A stretch of 62,310 nucleotides of DNA, the filler included. It is 6 parts of 6 records of this genome, joined end to end, with 100 filler letters (N's around TTAATTAATTAA, not from the genome) between each part and the next. Parts side by side here need not be neighbours in the genome. Positions count along the whole stretch, not along the records: positions 1 to 27,143 come from SRR31156797_15225; 5 more parts are not named here. One strand, written 5' to 3'. The number at the start of each line of letters is the position of its first letter. Position 1 is the first letter of the stretch. Both the position numbers and the translations under genes were made by a program. This document shows positions 10,075 to 20,008 of the stretch, one piece after another. The notes under the pieces were generated by a model. It ran no database searches. It saw only the letters and a program-made list of their open reading frames with translations, and had not been told where the DNA came from.

Positions 10075-11511
10075 ATGCAGAAGTTAAAAAAATACATATT
10101 TCTCCTTTTATTACCTCTTTGTTTCTTCTCTTGTGAAAGAGAATTCGTTTTTTTAAACGGCTCAGATGGTTTAAATTTCTCTGTTGATACTTTAGCTTTT
10201 GACACCATTTTCACTTCTATTGGATCAGTAACCAAAAATTTTAAAGTTTATAATCCTTATGATGATGATTTAATTATCAACGCAGTTGAACTTGGTGGAG
10301 GGGACATGAGTAACTTTAGATTAAATATCAACGGTTATTCTGATAATTCAGTTGAAAATTTACGAATAAATGCTAAAGACAGCCTATTTATTTTTGTAGA
10401 TATTACCATTGAACCCGATGATAGCAATACCCCTTTTGTTGTTTCTGACTCTGTGTTGTTTATTTCTGGCGATAAAACGCAAAAAGTAAACCTGGTTGCA
10501 TATGGTCAAAATGTAAATCTGCTGAAAAAGGCAAACGTAAAAACAACAACTTTTACATCAGAAAAGCCATATTTGATTTATGATTATTTAATCGTAGACA
10601 GCACTGAAACACTAACAATTGAACACGGCGCTAAACTCCATTTTTATACTGATGCCCGTTTAATTGTATTTGGCAGCCTGCATGTGGATGGCACAACAGA
10701 TGAACCTGTTCATTTTTTAAGTCATCGTTTAGACGAATGGTATGCAGACAAACCTGGTCAATGGGGACAAATTGATTTTATGCCAAGTAGCTTCGACAAT
10801 TCCATCGATAACGCCATCATTACTAATAGTATTAACGGCATTTTTGTAGATTCTGTTGGCTTAGACAATCAGGCTCCATTAACAATTAATAATACTGTTA
10901 TTAACTATATTTCTAAATTTGGATTGATCACACAAAACTCAAGTGTAAATGTATCCAATACGGTTTTTGGAAATTGTGGCTACCACTCAGTAGCACTCAC
11001 ATTAGGCGGGACATACAATTTTTACCATTGCACAATTGCAAATTATTCTTCCAATTGGGTTAGTCGAAATACTCCGGCACTATTTCTTAACAACCACTAT
11101 ACAGATGATACGGAAACCGAAATTGTGAATCCACTTATTGAAGCCAACTTTTATAATTCAATTATTTACGGTAAAAGATATAATGAAATTGGTTTTGACT
11201 TTAAAGAAAAGGATAATGACAATGATGAGGTAAGTTGGTTCAATTATAAATTTGAAAGCTGCCTTATAAAGTCGCGAGACCTAGACACTAGTGATACAGA
11301 AAGATATAGCAACGTGTGGCTTAACGAAGATCCTAATTTTGTTGATCCTCTAAAGCAAAATTACCAACTTGACACCTTATCCTTTTGTAAGGATATTGGA
11401 AATATTGAATTTGCCGAACAATTCCCTTATGATATCTTAAACCAAAACCGACTTAAAGAAAATGATAACGGCCCGGATATTGGCGCATACGAAAGGGTGG
11501 AAAAGGAATAG
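10075..11511 (+). CDS. Hypothetical lipoprotein, probable right-handed beta-helix
   Basis: Lipobox FFSC; PGQWGQI and C-terminal PDIGAYE motifs; Asn/Ile-rich beta-helix-like repeats. Confidence 0.75.
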   Translation: MQKLKKYIFLLLLPLCFFSCEREFVFLNGSDGLNFSVDTLAFDTIFTSIGSVTKNFKVYNPYDDDLIINAVELGGGDMSNFRLNINGYSDNSVENLRINAKDSLFIFVDITIEPDDSNTPFVVSDSVLFISGDKTQKVNLVAYGQNVNLLKKANVKTTTFTSEKPYLIYDYLIVDSTETLTIEHGAKLHFYTDARLIVFGSLHVDGTTDEPVHFLSHRLDEWYADKPGQWGQIDFMPSSFDNSIDNAIITNSINGIFVDSVGLDNQAPLTINNTVINYISKFGLITQNSSVNVSNTVFGNCGYHSVALTLGGTYNFYHCTIANYSSNWVSRNTPALFLNNHYTDDTETEIVNPLIEANFYNSIIYGKRYNEIGFDFKEKDNDNDEVSWFNYKFESCLIKSRDLDTSDTERYSNVWLNEDPNFVDPLKQNYQLDTLSFCKDIGNIEFAEQFPYDILNQNRLKENDNGPDIGAYERVEKE

Positions 11512-12508
11512 GATACTTCTTGTATTCATTCCGCTTTGTATTATCTCTCCTTTGTTTTCTCAAAATCAAGAGAACAAACTCGGTATATTATTCTATAACA
11601 CTGAGAATTTATTTGACACTTATAATGATTCTCTGAAACTAGATGATGAATTTACACCAAGAGGAGAAAAACACTGGACATACAAAAAATACCTAACAAA
11701 ACTTAATCATATTGCCCAGGTAATTTACGAATCCGGCGGTTGGAATCCTCCATTATTAATAGGCCTTTGCGAAGTTGAAAACGAAAAAGTTATTAACGAC
11801 TTAATTTGGAAAACGGGTTTAAATAACCTTCACTACCATGCCATTCATTACGAATCCAAAGATCTGAGAGGAATTGATGTTGCTTTATTATATAATGCCC
11901 ACCAATTTTTACCCATCGAATCTAAACCGGTGGTTATTCCATTAGGTAAAGATTCCCGACCAACCAGAGATCTTTTATACGTGTTTGGTTTGATGCAAGA
12001 CTCTATTCCATTACATGTTTTTGTGGCTCACTTTCCATCGCGTTATGGCGGCATTAAAGAATCGGAACCCAAAAGATTCAAGGCATCGCAGGTATTAAAC
12101 GATACCATTTCATGCATTTTAAAACATGATCCTAATTCTAATATTGTGGTGATGGGCGACTTTAACGATGAACCCAATGACAGAAGTCTCAAACAACTTG
12201 TAGAAAGTCATTATCTATTCAATCCTTCTTTATCTTTACAATCCATTCATCAACTTGAAGGCACTCATAAGCATCAGTTTGAATGGAATACATTTGATCA
12301 GTTTTTGGTATCAAAAACGCTGGTTGAAGGAAATAAATATCTAAAAAGTGATTCCTCAATACGTGTTTTGGATTTTGATTTTCTTCTTGAAAAAGATGAT
12401 AAAAATGCAGGCTTAAAACCATTTAGAACATATTCGGGATATAGATATTTAGGTGGATATAGTGATCATTTACCCATTTGGTTAGACCTGAAAATAATTA
12501 CACCTTAA
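11462..12508 (+). CDS. Endonuclease/exonuclease/phosphatase family protein
   Basis: FYNTENLFD, GLCEVEN, RGIDVALLY, MGDFND, GYSDHLP motifs; exact start uncertain (overlaps upstream gene). Confidence 0.88.
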   Translation: MITARILAHTKGWKRNRILLVFIPLCIISPLFSQNQENKLGILFYNTENLFDTYNDSLKLDDEFTPRGEKHWTYKKYLTKLNHIAQVIYESGGWNPPLLIGLCEVENEKVINDLIWKTGLNNLHYHAIHYESKDLRGIDVALLYNAHQFLPIESKPVVIPLGKDSRPTRDLLYVFGLMQDSIPLHVFVAHFPSRYGGIKESEPKRFKASQVLNDTISCILKHDPNSNIVVMGDFNDEPNDRSLKQLVESHYLFNPSLSLQSIHQLEGTHKHQFEWNTFDQFLVSKTLVEGNKYLKSDSSIRVLDFDFLLEKDDKNAGLKPFRTYSGYRYLGGYSDHLPIWLDLKIITP

Positions 12509-13031
12509 AATTAGTATTCGCATGCTGAAAAACCCATTGATATATAGCAACACTACATGCATGCGAGACATTCATTGATTTAATCTTTCCCAACATTGGA
12601 ATATGAAAAACTGACTCACATTTTTTTAGTAATTCAACCGGAATACCATGAATTTCATTTCCCAAAAACACAGCCACTTTTTCAGGAAGTTTTGATTCAG
12701 CTAAATTTTTGGAGCTTTCATCTGTTTCAATACCTACCAAACTATAATCACCAGGGATTTCTTCTAGCCAATTCTCTTCGGAATAAAATGCCCAATCCAC
12801 CTGAGAAAAAGCTGCACCTGCCACTTTTTTAATTTTCGATGCCCTTACTTCATCTTTATTCCCAATAAAGACAATCTTTCTACATCCAAAATTACTTGCC
12901 AACCTTATAATATGCCCCATGTTTTCGGGAGACTTTAGCTTATAAGTGACAATGATAGGTCCATCCTGTTTTTCAGAATAGTCAAGTTTTGAAAATAATT
13001 CGTTGCTATATGTTTGTGAATGATTACTCAC
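12498..13031 (-). CDS. TrmH/SpoU family RNA methyltransferase
   Basis: [35 protein letters not shown] motifs. Confidence 0.88.
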   Translation of the reverse strand: MSNHSQTYSNELFSKLDYSEKQDGPIIVTYKLKSPENMGHIIRLASNFGCRKIVFIGNKDEVRASKIKKVAGAAFSQVDWAFYSEENWLEEIPGDYSLVGIETDESSKNLAESKLPEKVAVFLGNEIHGIPVELLKKCESVFHIPMLGKIKSMNVSHACSVAIYQWVFQHANTNFKV

Positions 13032-14451
13032 CTTGCTCCTTCTTTAAGCCCATCTCCTCGCCTAATTTTAGCATAAGAGTATAAGCTTGCTCTCTTTCAT
13101 TTTCTATTTCTCCATCTAAAATAGCCTCTTTAATGGCAGCCTTAATATCTCCTATTTCACGGCAAGGACCAATATTAAAAGTTTCCATAATATCTTCGCC
13201 GGACACAGGAGGTTGAAAATTACGAACTCTGTCCTTTTCTTCAATTTCCTTTAGTTTCCTTCGGACAATTTTAAAGTTCTTCATGTACTTACGTACCTTC
13301 TCCTCATTTTTCGAAGTAATGTCCGCTTCGCATAAAGTCATTAAATTATCTATATCATCGCCGGCATCAAACAGTAATCTGCGTACAGCTGAATCTGTAA
13401 CAATATCTTCCGATAAAACAATAGGGCGCATATGCAGGTAAACCATTTTTTGAACGAACTTCATCTTTTCATTCATAGGAAACTTCATCCGCTTAAAAAT
13501 CTGAGGAATCATTTTCTGCCCTACATGGTTATGCGCATGAAAAGTCCAGCCTAATTTTGGATCAAAACGCTTGGTAACTGGTTTAGCAATATCGTGAAAT
13601 ACCGCTGACCAACGCAACCAAACATCTTCAGTATTGGGTACAATTCTATCTAATACTTCCAGCGTATGATAAAAATTATCCTTATGCCTTTTACCATTTT
13701 TCTCCTCCACTCCTTTCATAGCCTGCAATTCGGGAAGGATAATGGCTAACAGACCTGTAACTTCCAGTAATTTAAAGGCTGTAGAAGGTTTGCTTCCCAT
13801 AATCATTTTGTTGAGTTCGTCAACGATACGCTCATCAGAAACAATTTCAATACGTTCCTTATTATCTTTAATCCCTTCAAAAGTTTGCTCTTCAATTCTA
13901 AAGTTAAAACGCGCTGCAAATCGAACTGCTCTCAACATACGTAATGGATCATCCGAAAAGGTAATTCCAGGTTCTAAAGGCGTACGCACGATTCCGTTCT
14001 CAAGATCTTCTCTTCCATTAAAAGGATCCACAAATTCACCAAAAGTTTCTTTATTTAAAGAAATAGCCAAAGCATTAATAGTAAAATCCCTTCTATTCTG
14101 ATCATCTTCAATAGTTCCATCTTCAACAATGGGTTTTCTGGAATTTCTCTGATACGATTCTTTTCTGGCTCCTACAAACTCAACCTCAACATCACGATAT
14201 TTGAACATGGCAGTTCCAAAGTTCTTAAAAACAGAAACTTTCAGCCCGCCTAATTTGGCCGCTACCTTTTCTGCCATTTCAATACCACTTCCCCTGACTA
14301 CAATATCAATATCTTTAGAAGGAGCTCCCAACAATAAATCTCTGACAAATCCACCTATCACATACGTTTCCGTTTTTTCAATATCGGCCACATGCCTTAT
14401 TGCCTTAAAAACCGTCCCTTCCAAATGCTTTTGTACCTCTTTTTCTGCCAT
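13024..14451 (-). CDS. cca: CCA tRNA nucleotidyltransferase / poly(A) polymerase family protein with HD domain
   Basis: [36 protein letters not shown]. Confidence 0.88.
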   Translation of the reverse strand: MAEKEVQKHLEGTVFKAIRHVADIEKTETYVIGGFVRDLLLGAPSKDIDIVVRGSGIEMAEKVAAKLGGLKVSVFKNFGTAMFKYRDVEVEFVGARKESYQRNSRKPIVEDGTIEDDQNRRDFTINALAISLNKETFGEFVDPFNGREDLENGIVRTPLEPGITFSDDPLRMLRAVRFAARFNFRIEEQTFEGIKDNKERIEIVSDERIVDELNKMIMGSKPSTAFKLLEVTGLLAIILPELQAMKGVEEKNGKRHKDNFYHTLEVLDRIVPNTEDVWLRWSAVFHDIAKPVTKRFDPKLGWTFHAHNHVGQKMIPQIFKRMKFPMNEKMKFVQKMVYLHMRPIVLSEDIVTDSAVRRLLFDAGDDIDNLMTLCEADITSKNEEKVRKYMKNFKIVRRKLKEIEEKDRVRNFQPPVSGEDIMETFNIGPCREIGDIKAAIKEAILDGEIENEREQAYTLMLKLGEEMGLKKEQGE

Positions 14452-14698
14452 TCTTTAAATTTAGGGTGACAAAATTACAACTTATTTATGTGAATTAATA
14501 AACGAAGTAATAAACATTCAGATATGAATTTAGTTCCACCCGTGGTACTTTTTTATCGCTTATTAACTGATATATGGCACCTTACCCTATAAACAATTTA
14601 TGTTATATCTCCTTTTATAATTGAAAGACTTAAGAATCATGTCATATTTTTGTCAGGATAACCGTAAAAAAAAGACTAATTTCATAGAAAAGAATGAA

Positions 14699-14713
14699 TG
14701 GCACGAATATTGA
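14699..14713 (+). promoter_or_regulatory. Sigma54-like -24/-12 promoter upstream of the thioredoxin pair
   Basis: TGGCACGAATATTGA matches TGGCAC-N5-TTG with GA instead of GC at -12; TGTCA direct repeat at 14640 and 14651 upstream. Confidence 0.55.
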
Positions 14714-14786
14714 CATTTACATATCGATATATTTATATATATTTGTATTGGATTTAAATTAGAGTATTCATTAAAAAATTATAACC

Positions 14787-15149
14787 ATGTTAGAACATTT
14801 AACTAAAGAAACGTTTAAAGAAAAAGTATTTGACTTCGAAGCCAACAAGGAATGGAAATTTGCAGGTGACAAACCTTGTTTAATTGACTTTTATGCCGAT
14901 TGGTGTGGACCTTGTAAAGCTATTGCCCCGGTATTAGAAGAGCTTTCGAAAGACTATGAAGGGAAACTAAATATTTATAAAGTAGATACTGAAGCTGAAA
15001 GAGAATTATCTGGTATGTTTGGTATTCAAAGTATTCCTTCATTGTTATTTATACCTAGCGATGGTCAACCTCAGATGGCACAGGGAGCTTTACCTAAAGA
15101 AACATTACAAAAAGCATTTGCTGATGTTTTAAAAGTTAGTCTCGATTAA
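14787..15149 (+). CDS. trxA: Thioredoxin
   Basis: DFYADWCGPCK active site; 120 aa. Confidence 0.93.
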   Translation: MLEHLTKETFKEKVFDFEANKEWKFAGDKPCLIDFYADWCGPCKAIAPVLEELSKDYEGKLNIYKVDTEAERELSGMFGIQSIPSLLFIPSDGQPQMAQGALPKETLQKAFADVLKVSLD

Positions 15150-15215
15150 ATCAGTTTCTTGAAACTTCTGACGCATTAAACAAGTATTAACATCAATCAC
15201 TTAAATTTTTATCAT

Positions 15216-15686
15216 ATGAAGGGTATTGGATTAGCAGGGATTTTAATGGTATTTATGATCACAACATTGTTTGCCTCAAATAATGCCGGAGAAAAACCAG
15301 AAAGCAATGGAGACAACGAGAGTAGCGTTATATATTTAAATAAGGAGTCTTTCAAATCTCATGTATTTGACTACGAAAACAATAAAGAATGGAAATACAA
15401 TGGTAAAATACCTGCTATTCTGGATTTCTATGCAGATTGGTGTGGACCTTGTAAAATGGTAGCTCCACTTCTTGACGAACTACAAAAAGAATATGGAGGA
15501 AAACTGCAGGTATTTAAAGTAAATACGGACAAGGAAAAAGAATTAGCTGCTGTTTTTGGCATTAGAAGTTTACCGACAATTGTATTTATTCCGGTAGAAG
15601 GGGATCCGCAAGCTGCATTAGGCTTTCGACCTAAAGAAGAATTGGAAAAAATGGTAACTGAAATACTTAAGGTTACAAAAGAATAG
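15216..15686 (+). CDS. Thioredoxin with N-terminal signal peptide (exported paralog)
   Basis: WCGPC motif; hydrophobic N-terminus ending TLFA. Confidence 0.88.
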   Translation: MKGIGLAGILMVFMITTLFASNNAGEKPESNGDNESSVIYLNKESFKSHVFDYENNKEWKYNGKIPAILDFYADWCGPCKMVAPLLDELQKEYGGKLQVFKVNTDKEKELAAVFGIRSLPTIVFIPVEGDPQAALGFRPKEELEKMVTEILKVTKE

Positions 15687-15710
15687 ATTTATACTAAAAT
15701 ACATTTACTT

Positions 15711-15752
15711 AAAGCTGTTATAAAAGTTTATACTTTTGTAGCAGCTTTTTTT
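15711..15752 (+). terminator. Intrinsic terminator after the thioredoxins
   Basis: aaagctgttataaaagt-ttat-acttttgtagcagcttt followed by T-tract. Confidence 0.75.
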
Positions 15753-15770
15753 ATTCCATAATTTTAACGT

Positions 15771-16379
15771 GTGAAGTACTTTATTATATCTCCTCCTAAA
15801 ACTAATTCTAACGAAATTGAAATAGTTAACCATTTACTGAAAGACCTTGATATAACCTTTCATTTAAGAAAGCCAGACTACACAGAAAATGAATTAAAAG
15901 ATTATCTACGTCAGATAAATAGTGATTGCCATTCAAAAATAACCATTCACAATAATCATCAACTAATACATCATTTTAATTTAAAAGGCATTCATTTTAC
16001 ATCTTATAATAGAAACGATCTGAACAAATACGAAACATTAGAGTGTAGTAAAAGTATTTCAACACATAGTACCAAAGAGATTTCGGAATCCGATTTCTCA
16101 TACAATTATTATTTTCTGAGTCCCATATTCGAAAGCGTTTCAAAACCTGGCTATGGAGGCAATTCTTTTAATGAAGAAAATTTAAAATCATTTCTTGATC
16201 TATATACGAATGTAGTGGCATTAGGAGGAGTCAATAATGGTAACATAAAAAAAGTAGATCAGTTAGGTTTTCAAGGTGCAGCTATTTTAGGCACATTCTG
16301 GCAATACTGTGATCAAATTCAAAACCTTGATGATTTGAATCTCTTTTTTCAAAAATTAAATAATGCCATTGCACGGTAA
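15771..16379 (+). CDS. Thiamine phosphate synthase family protein (ThiE/TenI-like)
   Basis: HLRKP, GIHF, STHS, LSPIFESVSK, ALGGV motifs. Confidence 0.8.
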   Translation: MKYFIISPPKTNSNEIEIVNHLLKDLDITFHLRKPDYTENELKDYLRQINSDCHSKITIHNNHQLIHHFNLKGIHFTSYNRNDLNKYETLECSKSISTHSTKEISESDFSYNYYFLSPIFESVSKPGYGGNSFNEENLKSFLDLYTNVVALGGVNNGNIKKVDQLGFQGAAILGTFWQYCDQIQNLDDLNLFFQKLNNAIAR

Positions 16380-16424
16380 TAAGTGCGTGTAAATATTTAT
16401 GTTTGCACTCTTCAAATCCTTTTT

Positions 16425-17087
16425 ATGCAAAAAGTAATTAGTAAACTACAATTTATAACTTATCAGGGAGTTGATAAGCCAACATCACAACAAACATTAG
16501 AATTTTGTGCCGGAGGTGGTGATTGGGTACAATTGCGAATGAAAAATACCTCTGAAGAAGAATTAAAGAATGAAGCAAAAAAGTGTGTAAACATTTGCCA
16601 AACTTATGGTGCAACATTCATCATCAACGATAATCCTTTGTTAGCAAAAGAAGTTGATGCCGATGGAGTACACCTTGGTAAAAACGACATGGATGTTGCT
16701 GAAGCCAGACAATTATTGGGGGAACACAAAATTATAGGTGGTACGGCCAATACATTCGAAGATATAAAAACATTAGTTTCTAAAGGTGTAGACTATGTCG
16801 GACTTGGACCTTTCAAATTTACATCTACCAAAGAAAACCTGAGTCCTGTTCTGGGCTTAGATGGCTATACCCAAATTATAGAGCAATGTAAAAAGGATGG
16901 CATTCATATTCCTATCATTGCCATTGGCGGTATTTTACCTGATGATTTTAAAGAACTTTTCAAAACTGGTATTTACGGAGTTGCCTTATCCTCTTACATA
17001 GCCAAACAAGAAAGTATTGGTAACACTACGCTTGAAACCTTAACCGAACTAGGGAAAGCACATTCATACAATTACTTAAACTCATAA
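16425..17087 (+). CDS. thiE: Thiamine phosphate synthase
   Basis: VQLRMK, IIND, DGVHLGKND, DYVGLGPFKFTSTK, AIGGI; start placed at ATG 16425 rather than GTG 16383. Confidence 0.9.
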   Translation: MQKVISKLQFITYQGVDKPTSQQTLEFCAGGGDWVQLRMKNTSEEELKNEAKKCVNICQTYGATFIINDNPLLAKEVDADGVHLGKNDMDVAEARQLLGEHKIIGGTANTFEDIKTLVSKGVDYVGLGPFKFTSTKENLSPVLGLDGYTQIIEQCKKDGIHIPIIAIGGILPDDFKELFKTGIYGVALSSYIAKQESIGNTTLETLTELGKAHSYNYLNS

Positions 17088-17174
17088 TTGAATTTAATTA
17101 TACTAATTTTATAGGTATATTTAATAGTTATTGTTTTGTGATTAAGAGTTAAAGATCTTATTTTCGCAGCCAAT

Positions 17175-17255
17175 TTTCTACAATGGGGTGCCTTTTTTAA
17201 GGCTGAGATTACACCCTTTGAACCTGGACAGGTAATGCTGTCAAGGGAAAGCGTT
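17175..17255 (+). promoter_or_regulatory. TPP-class riboswitch (variant P4/P5 arm)
   Basis: GGGGTGCC...GGCTGAGA..ACACCC...AACCTG..GGTAATGC..AGGGA; P2 GGGUG/CACCC, P3 GCCUU/AAGGC, UGAGA pyrimidine sensor; lies between thiE and a TonB receptor. Confidence 0.88.
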
Positions 17256-17302
17256 TTCTCTTTTTTTCCTCATTGCAGTATTTATCATTTAAAAACTGTA
17301 AT

Positions 17303-19768
17303 ATGAAAAATTTATTTATTCTTTCACTTTTTTGGTTTGTATCACAACAAAAGGCTTTATCGCAAATAAGTTTAAGCGGAAAAGTTGTGGACAAAAATGG
17401 TTATGAACTTACAGGTGCCAGCGTAGCTGTAAATCCAGGCAACATTGGAACAGTTAGTGATACGCAAGGAGCATTTAAACTTGAACTTCCTAAAAAAGGA
17501 ACTTACTCTTTAACGGTTTCTTTTATTGGTTTCGAGACTCTAGAAAAACAAATTACTGTAAGCGGCAGCGAAGTAATTAACCTTACGCTTCAGGAAAAGT
17601 CGATCATGGCCAATGAGGTTATTGTTACATCCATTCGAGCCGGAGCAAAAACACCAGTGGCAAAAACTGACATTACGTCAGAGGAATTGGAAAAACTCAA
17701 TACCGCTGATGACATCCCCTTGCTATTGAGCCTAACGCCATCTGTTGTATCCTCAACTGAGGCAGGTATCGGAATTGGGTATAGCAGTATGCGAATTAGA
17801 GGTACAGATGCAACACGTATCAATGTAACAGTAAATGGTATTCCCATAAACGATGCCGAAAGCCAAGGTGTTTTTTGGGTCAATATGCCCGACTTTAGTT
17901 CTTCAGTCGACAATCTTCAGATTCAAAGAGGTGTTGGAACTTCAACCAATGGTTCGGCTGCGTTCGGAGCTTCGGTCAACCTAAATACAGCTTCGCATAG
18001 CACTTCTCCTTTTACAGAGATATCATCTACGGTTGGTTCTTTCAACACCTACAAAAACTCGGTAAAAGTGGGAACCGGTTTATTAAATGACAAATTCACC
18101 TTTGAAGCCAGATATTCTGATTTAAAAACAGATGGTTATGTTGATTATGCTTTTTCAGATCATAAATCGCTATACATTAGTGGTTCGATGATTCTTGAAA
18201 ATAGTCTTATTAAAGCGAATATCATTCATGGGGATCAAAAAACAGGAATTAGCTGGTGGGGAATCGATGAAGAAACCTTAAAAACAGATCGCACATATAA
18301 CCCTGCAGGAGAATACGTAGACGTATTTGGAGATACACAGTATTATAAAGATCAGACTGATAACTATAAACAAACGCATTACCAATTATTTTATACACAA
18401 ACTATTCCCAAGGGATGGTTACTTAATACTGCACTGCACTATACACGAGGAGAAGGATTTTACGAGCAATACAAAATGAATGAAGATTTCTCTGCTTACG
18501 GGTGGGTTCCTTATATCATTGGTGACCAAACTATTTCTACTACTGATTTAATCAGGCAAAAATGGTTGACTAATGATTTTTATGGCTTTACGAGTTCTTT
18601 TAATTACAGTTCAGACTTGTTTGATTTAAATATTGGCGGAGGATGGAACAAATATGATGGTGATCATTTTGGTAATGTTATTTGGGCCAGAAATGCATAT
18701 CCTATTGAAAAAGGAGATAAATGGTATGACAATAATGGCTTGAAAACAGATTACAATATATACGGAAAAATCAACTTTCGCGCTAACGAGCTAATTAGTC
18801 TTTTTGCTGATATTCAATACAGGGGTATTAATTACAAAATAAAAGGTACTGATGATGATTTGAGTGCTGATCCTTCTGCATTTAATTTAGATCAAGAACA
18901 TCAATATAACTTCATAAATCCTAAATTTGGTGCTTATTTTAATGTAAATGAGGCCAATCAATTTTATGCTTCATACGCTATTGCCAACAGAGAACCAACC
19001 AGAGCCGATTTTAAGAATGCAAATGGGGATTTGTCTGCAACACCAAAATCAGAACGATTAAATGATTTGGAAGTAGGCTTCCAACATAATGCAACAAACA
19101 TTGTATTCAATGCTAATTTCTACCATATGTTCTACAAAGATCAACTCATTCCTACTGGTGAAAAAAGCACTGCAGGTTATACAATCATGACTAATGTTGA
19201 TAAAAGTTACAGAACCGGTATTGAGTTGGAAGTAAAGGCTAATCTACTCCCTAATTTAAGCTGGACAGGAAATGCTACATTTAGTAAAAACATTATTCGT
19301 GATTTTGTAGAAACAGCCACTACGCATAATGATATTTGGGACTCTGAGAAAGATGAATATACTGACCAAAGAGACACCATTATTTATCATGGCAACAGCA
19401 CAATATCCTATTCTCCTTCAATCACAGCGAATAGCATTATAGAGTATAAACCAATAAACTCCGCTTCTATTCGTTTGATTACAAAACATGTAGGAGAACA
19501 ATATTTTGACAACACGCAAAGTAGTATGAGAAAACTGGATGCATACACCGTTTGGGATGGCATCATATCTAAATCATTTTCTCCAAGTTGGGCAAAAATT
19601 GAGCTTCAACTAGCTGTAAATAACATATTTGATTTAAAATATAATAGTAATGCATATGTATGGGAAGGTACTTTCTTTAATTATGTAACGGATGTTGAAT
19701 ATTCGTACAATTACTACTACCCTCAAGCTGGCAGACACCTGTTTTTTAAAACAACCATACGTTTCTAA
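17303..19768 (+). CDS. TonB-dependent receptor, probable thiamine uptake
   Basis: Signal peptide, N-terminal carboxypeptidase-regulatory-like domain, plug motifs IRGTD..RINVTVNGIP and IQRGVGTS, C-terminal YPQAGR...F; downstream of TPP-class riboswitch; ATG at 17303. Confidence 0.88.
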   Translation: MKNLFILSLFWFVSQQKALSQISLSGKVVDKNGYELTGASVAVNPGNIGTVSDTQGAFKLELPKKGTYSLTVSFIGFETLEKQITVSGSEVINLTLQEKSIMANEVIVTSIRAGAKTPVAKTDITSEELEKLNTADDIPLLLSLTPSVVSSTEAGIGIGYSSMRIRGTDATRINVTVNGIPINDAESQGVFWVNMPDFSSSVDNLQIQRGVGTSTNGSAAFGASVNLNTASHSTSPFTEISSTVGSFNTYKNSVKVGTGLLNDKFTFEARYSDLKTDGYVDYAFSDHKSLYISGSMILENSLIKANIIHGDQKTGISWWGIDEETLKTDRTYNPAGEYVDVFGDTQYYKDQTDNYKQTHYQLFYTQTIPKGWLLNTALHYTRGEGFYEQYKMNEDFSAYGWVPYIIGDQTISTTDLIRQKWLTNDFYGFTSSFNYSSDLFDLNIGGGWNKYDGDHFGNVIWARNAYPIEKGDKWYDNNGLKTDYNIYGKINFRANELISLFADIQYRGINYKIKGTDDDLSADPSAFNLDQEHQYNFINPKFGAYFNVNEANQFYASYAIANREPTRADFKNANGDLSATPKSERLNDLEVGFQHNATNIVFNANFYHMFYKDQLIPTGEKSTAGYTIMTNVDKSYRTGIELEVKANLLPNLSWTGNATFSKNIIRDFVETATTHNDIWDSEKDEYTDQRDTIIYHGNSTISYSPSITANSIIEYKPINSASIRLITKHVGEQYFDNTQSSMRKLDAYTVWDGIISKSFSPSWAKIELQLAVNNIFDLKYNSNAYVWEGTFFNYVTDVEYSYNYYYPQAGRHLFFKTTIRF

Positions 19769-19773
19769 AGCAC

Positions 19774-19804
19774 AAAAGGTCGAACTCAACGTTCGACCTT
19801 TTTT
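19774..19804. terminator. Bidirectional intrinsic terminator
   Basis: aaaaggtcgaac-tcaac-gttcgacctttt between convergent genes. Confidence 0.85.
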
Positions 19805-20003
19805 ACTCTTCTATTTCTTTTAAAATATTTTCTACTTCTGATTCTGTTTTATGGAGTTTGTCTTTACATACTTTAAGCAATGATGAAACCCTTTTTACTT
19901 TTTCTGATAGTTCATCTACATCCAGTTCATTATCCTCAATTTTCGAGAGTATCTCTTCTATCTCGGTAATGGCCTCTACATAACCCACCTTTTTCTTTGT
20001 CAT
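19803..20003 (-). CDS. xseB: Exodeoxyribonuclease VII small subunit
   Basis: YVEAITEIEEILSKIEDNELDVDEL...CKDKLHKTE; 66 aa. Confidence 0.9.
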   Translation of the reverse strand: MTKKKVGYVEAITEIEEILSKIEDNELDVDELSEKVKRVSSLLKVCKDKLHKTESEVENILKEIEE

Positions 20004-20008
20004 ATACT

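Noticed and set aside
15771-17087. Two adjacent ThiE-family genes
   Set aside because: A ThiE plus a TenI-like paralog is ordinary in Bacteroidota thiamine loci
17209-17394. 61-aa minus-strand ORF over the riboswitch
   Set aside because: Antisense to the riboswitch and receptor start; no coding features
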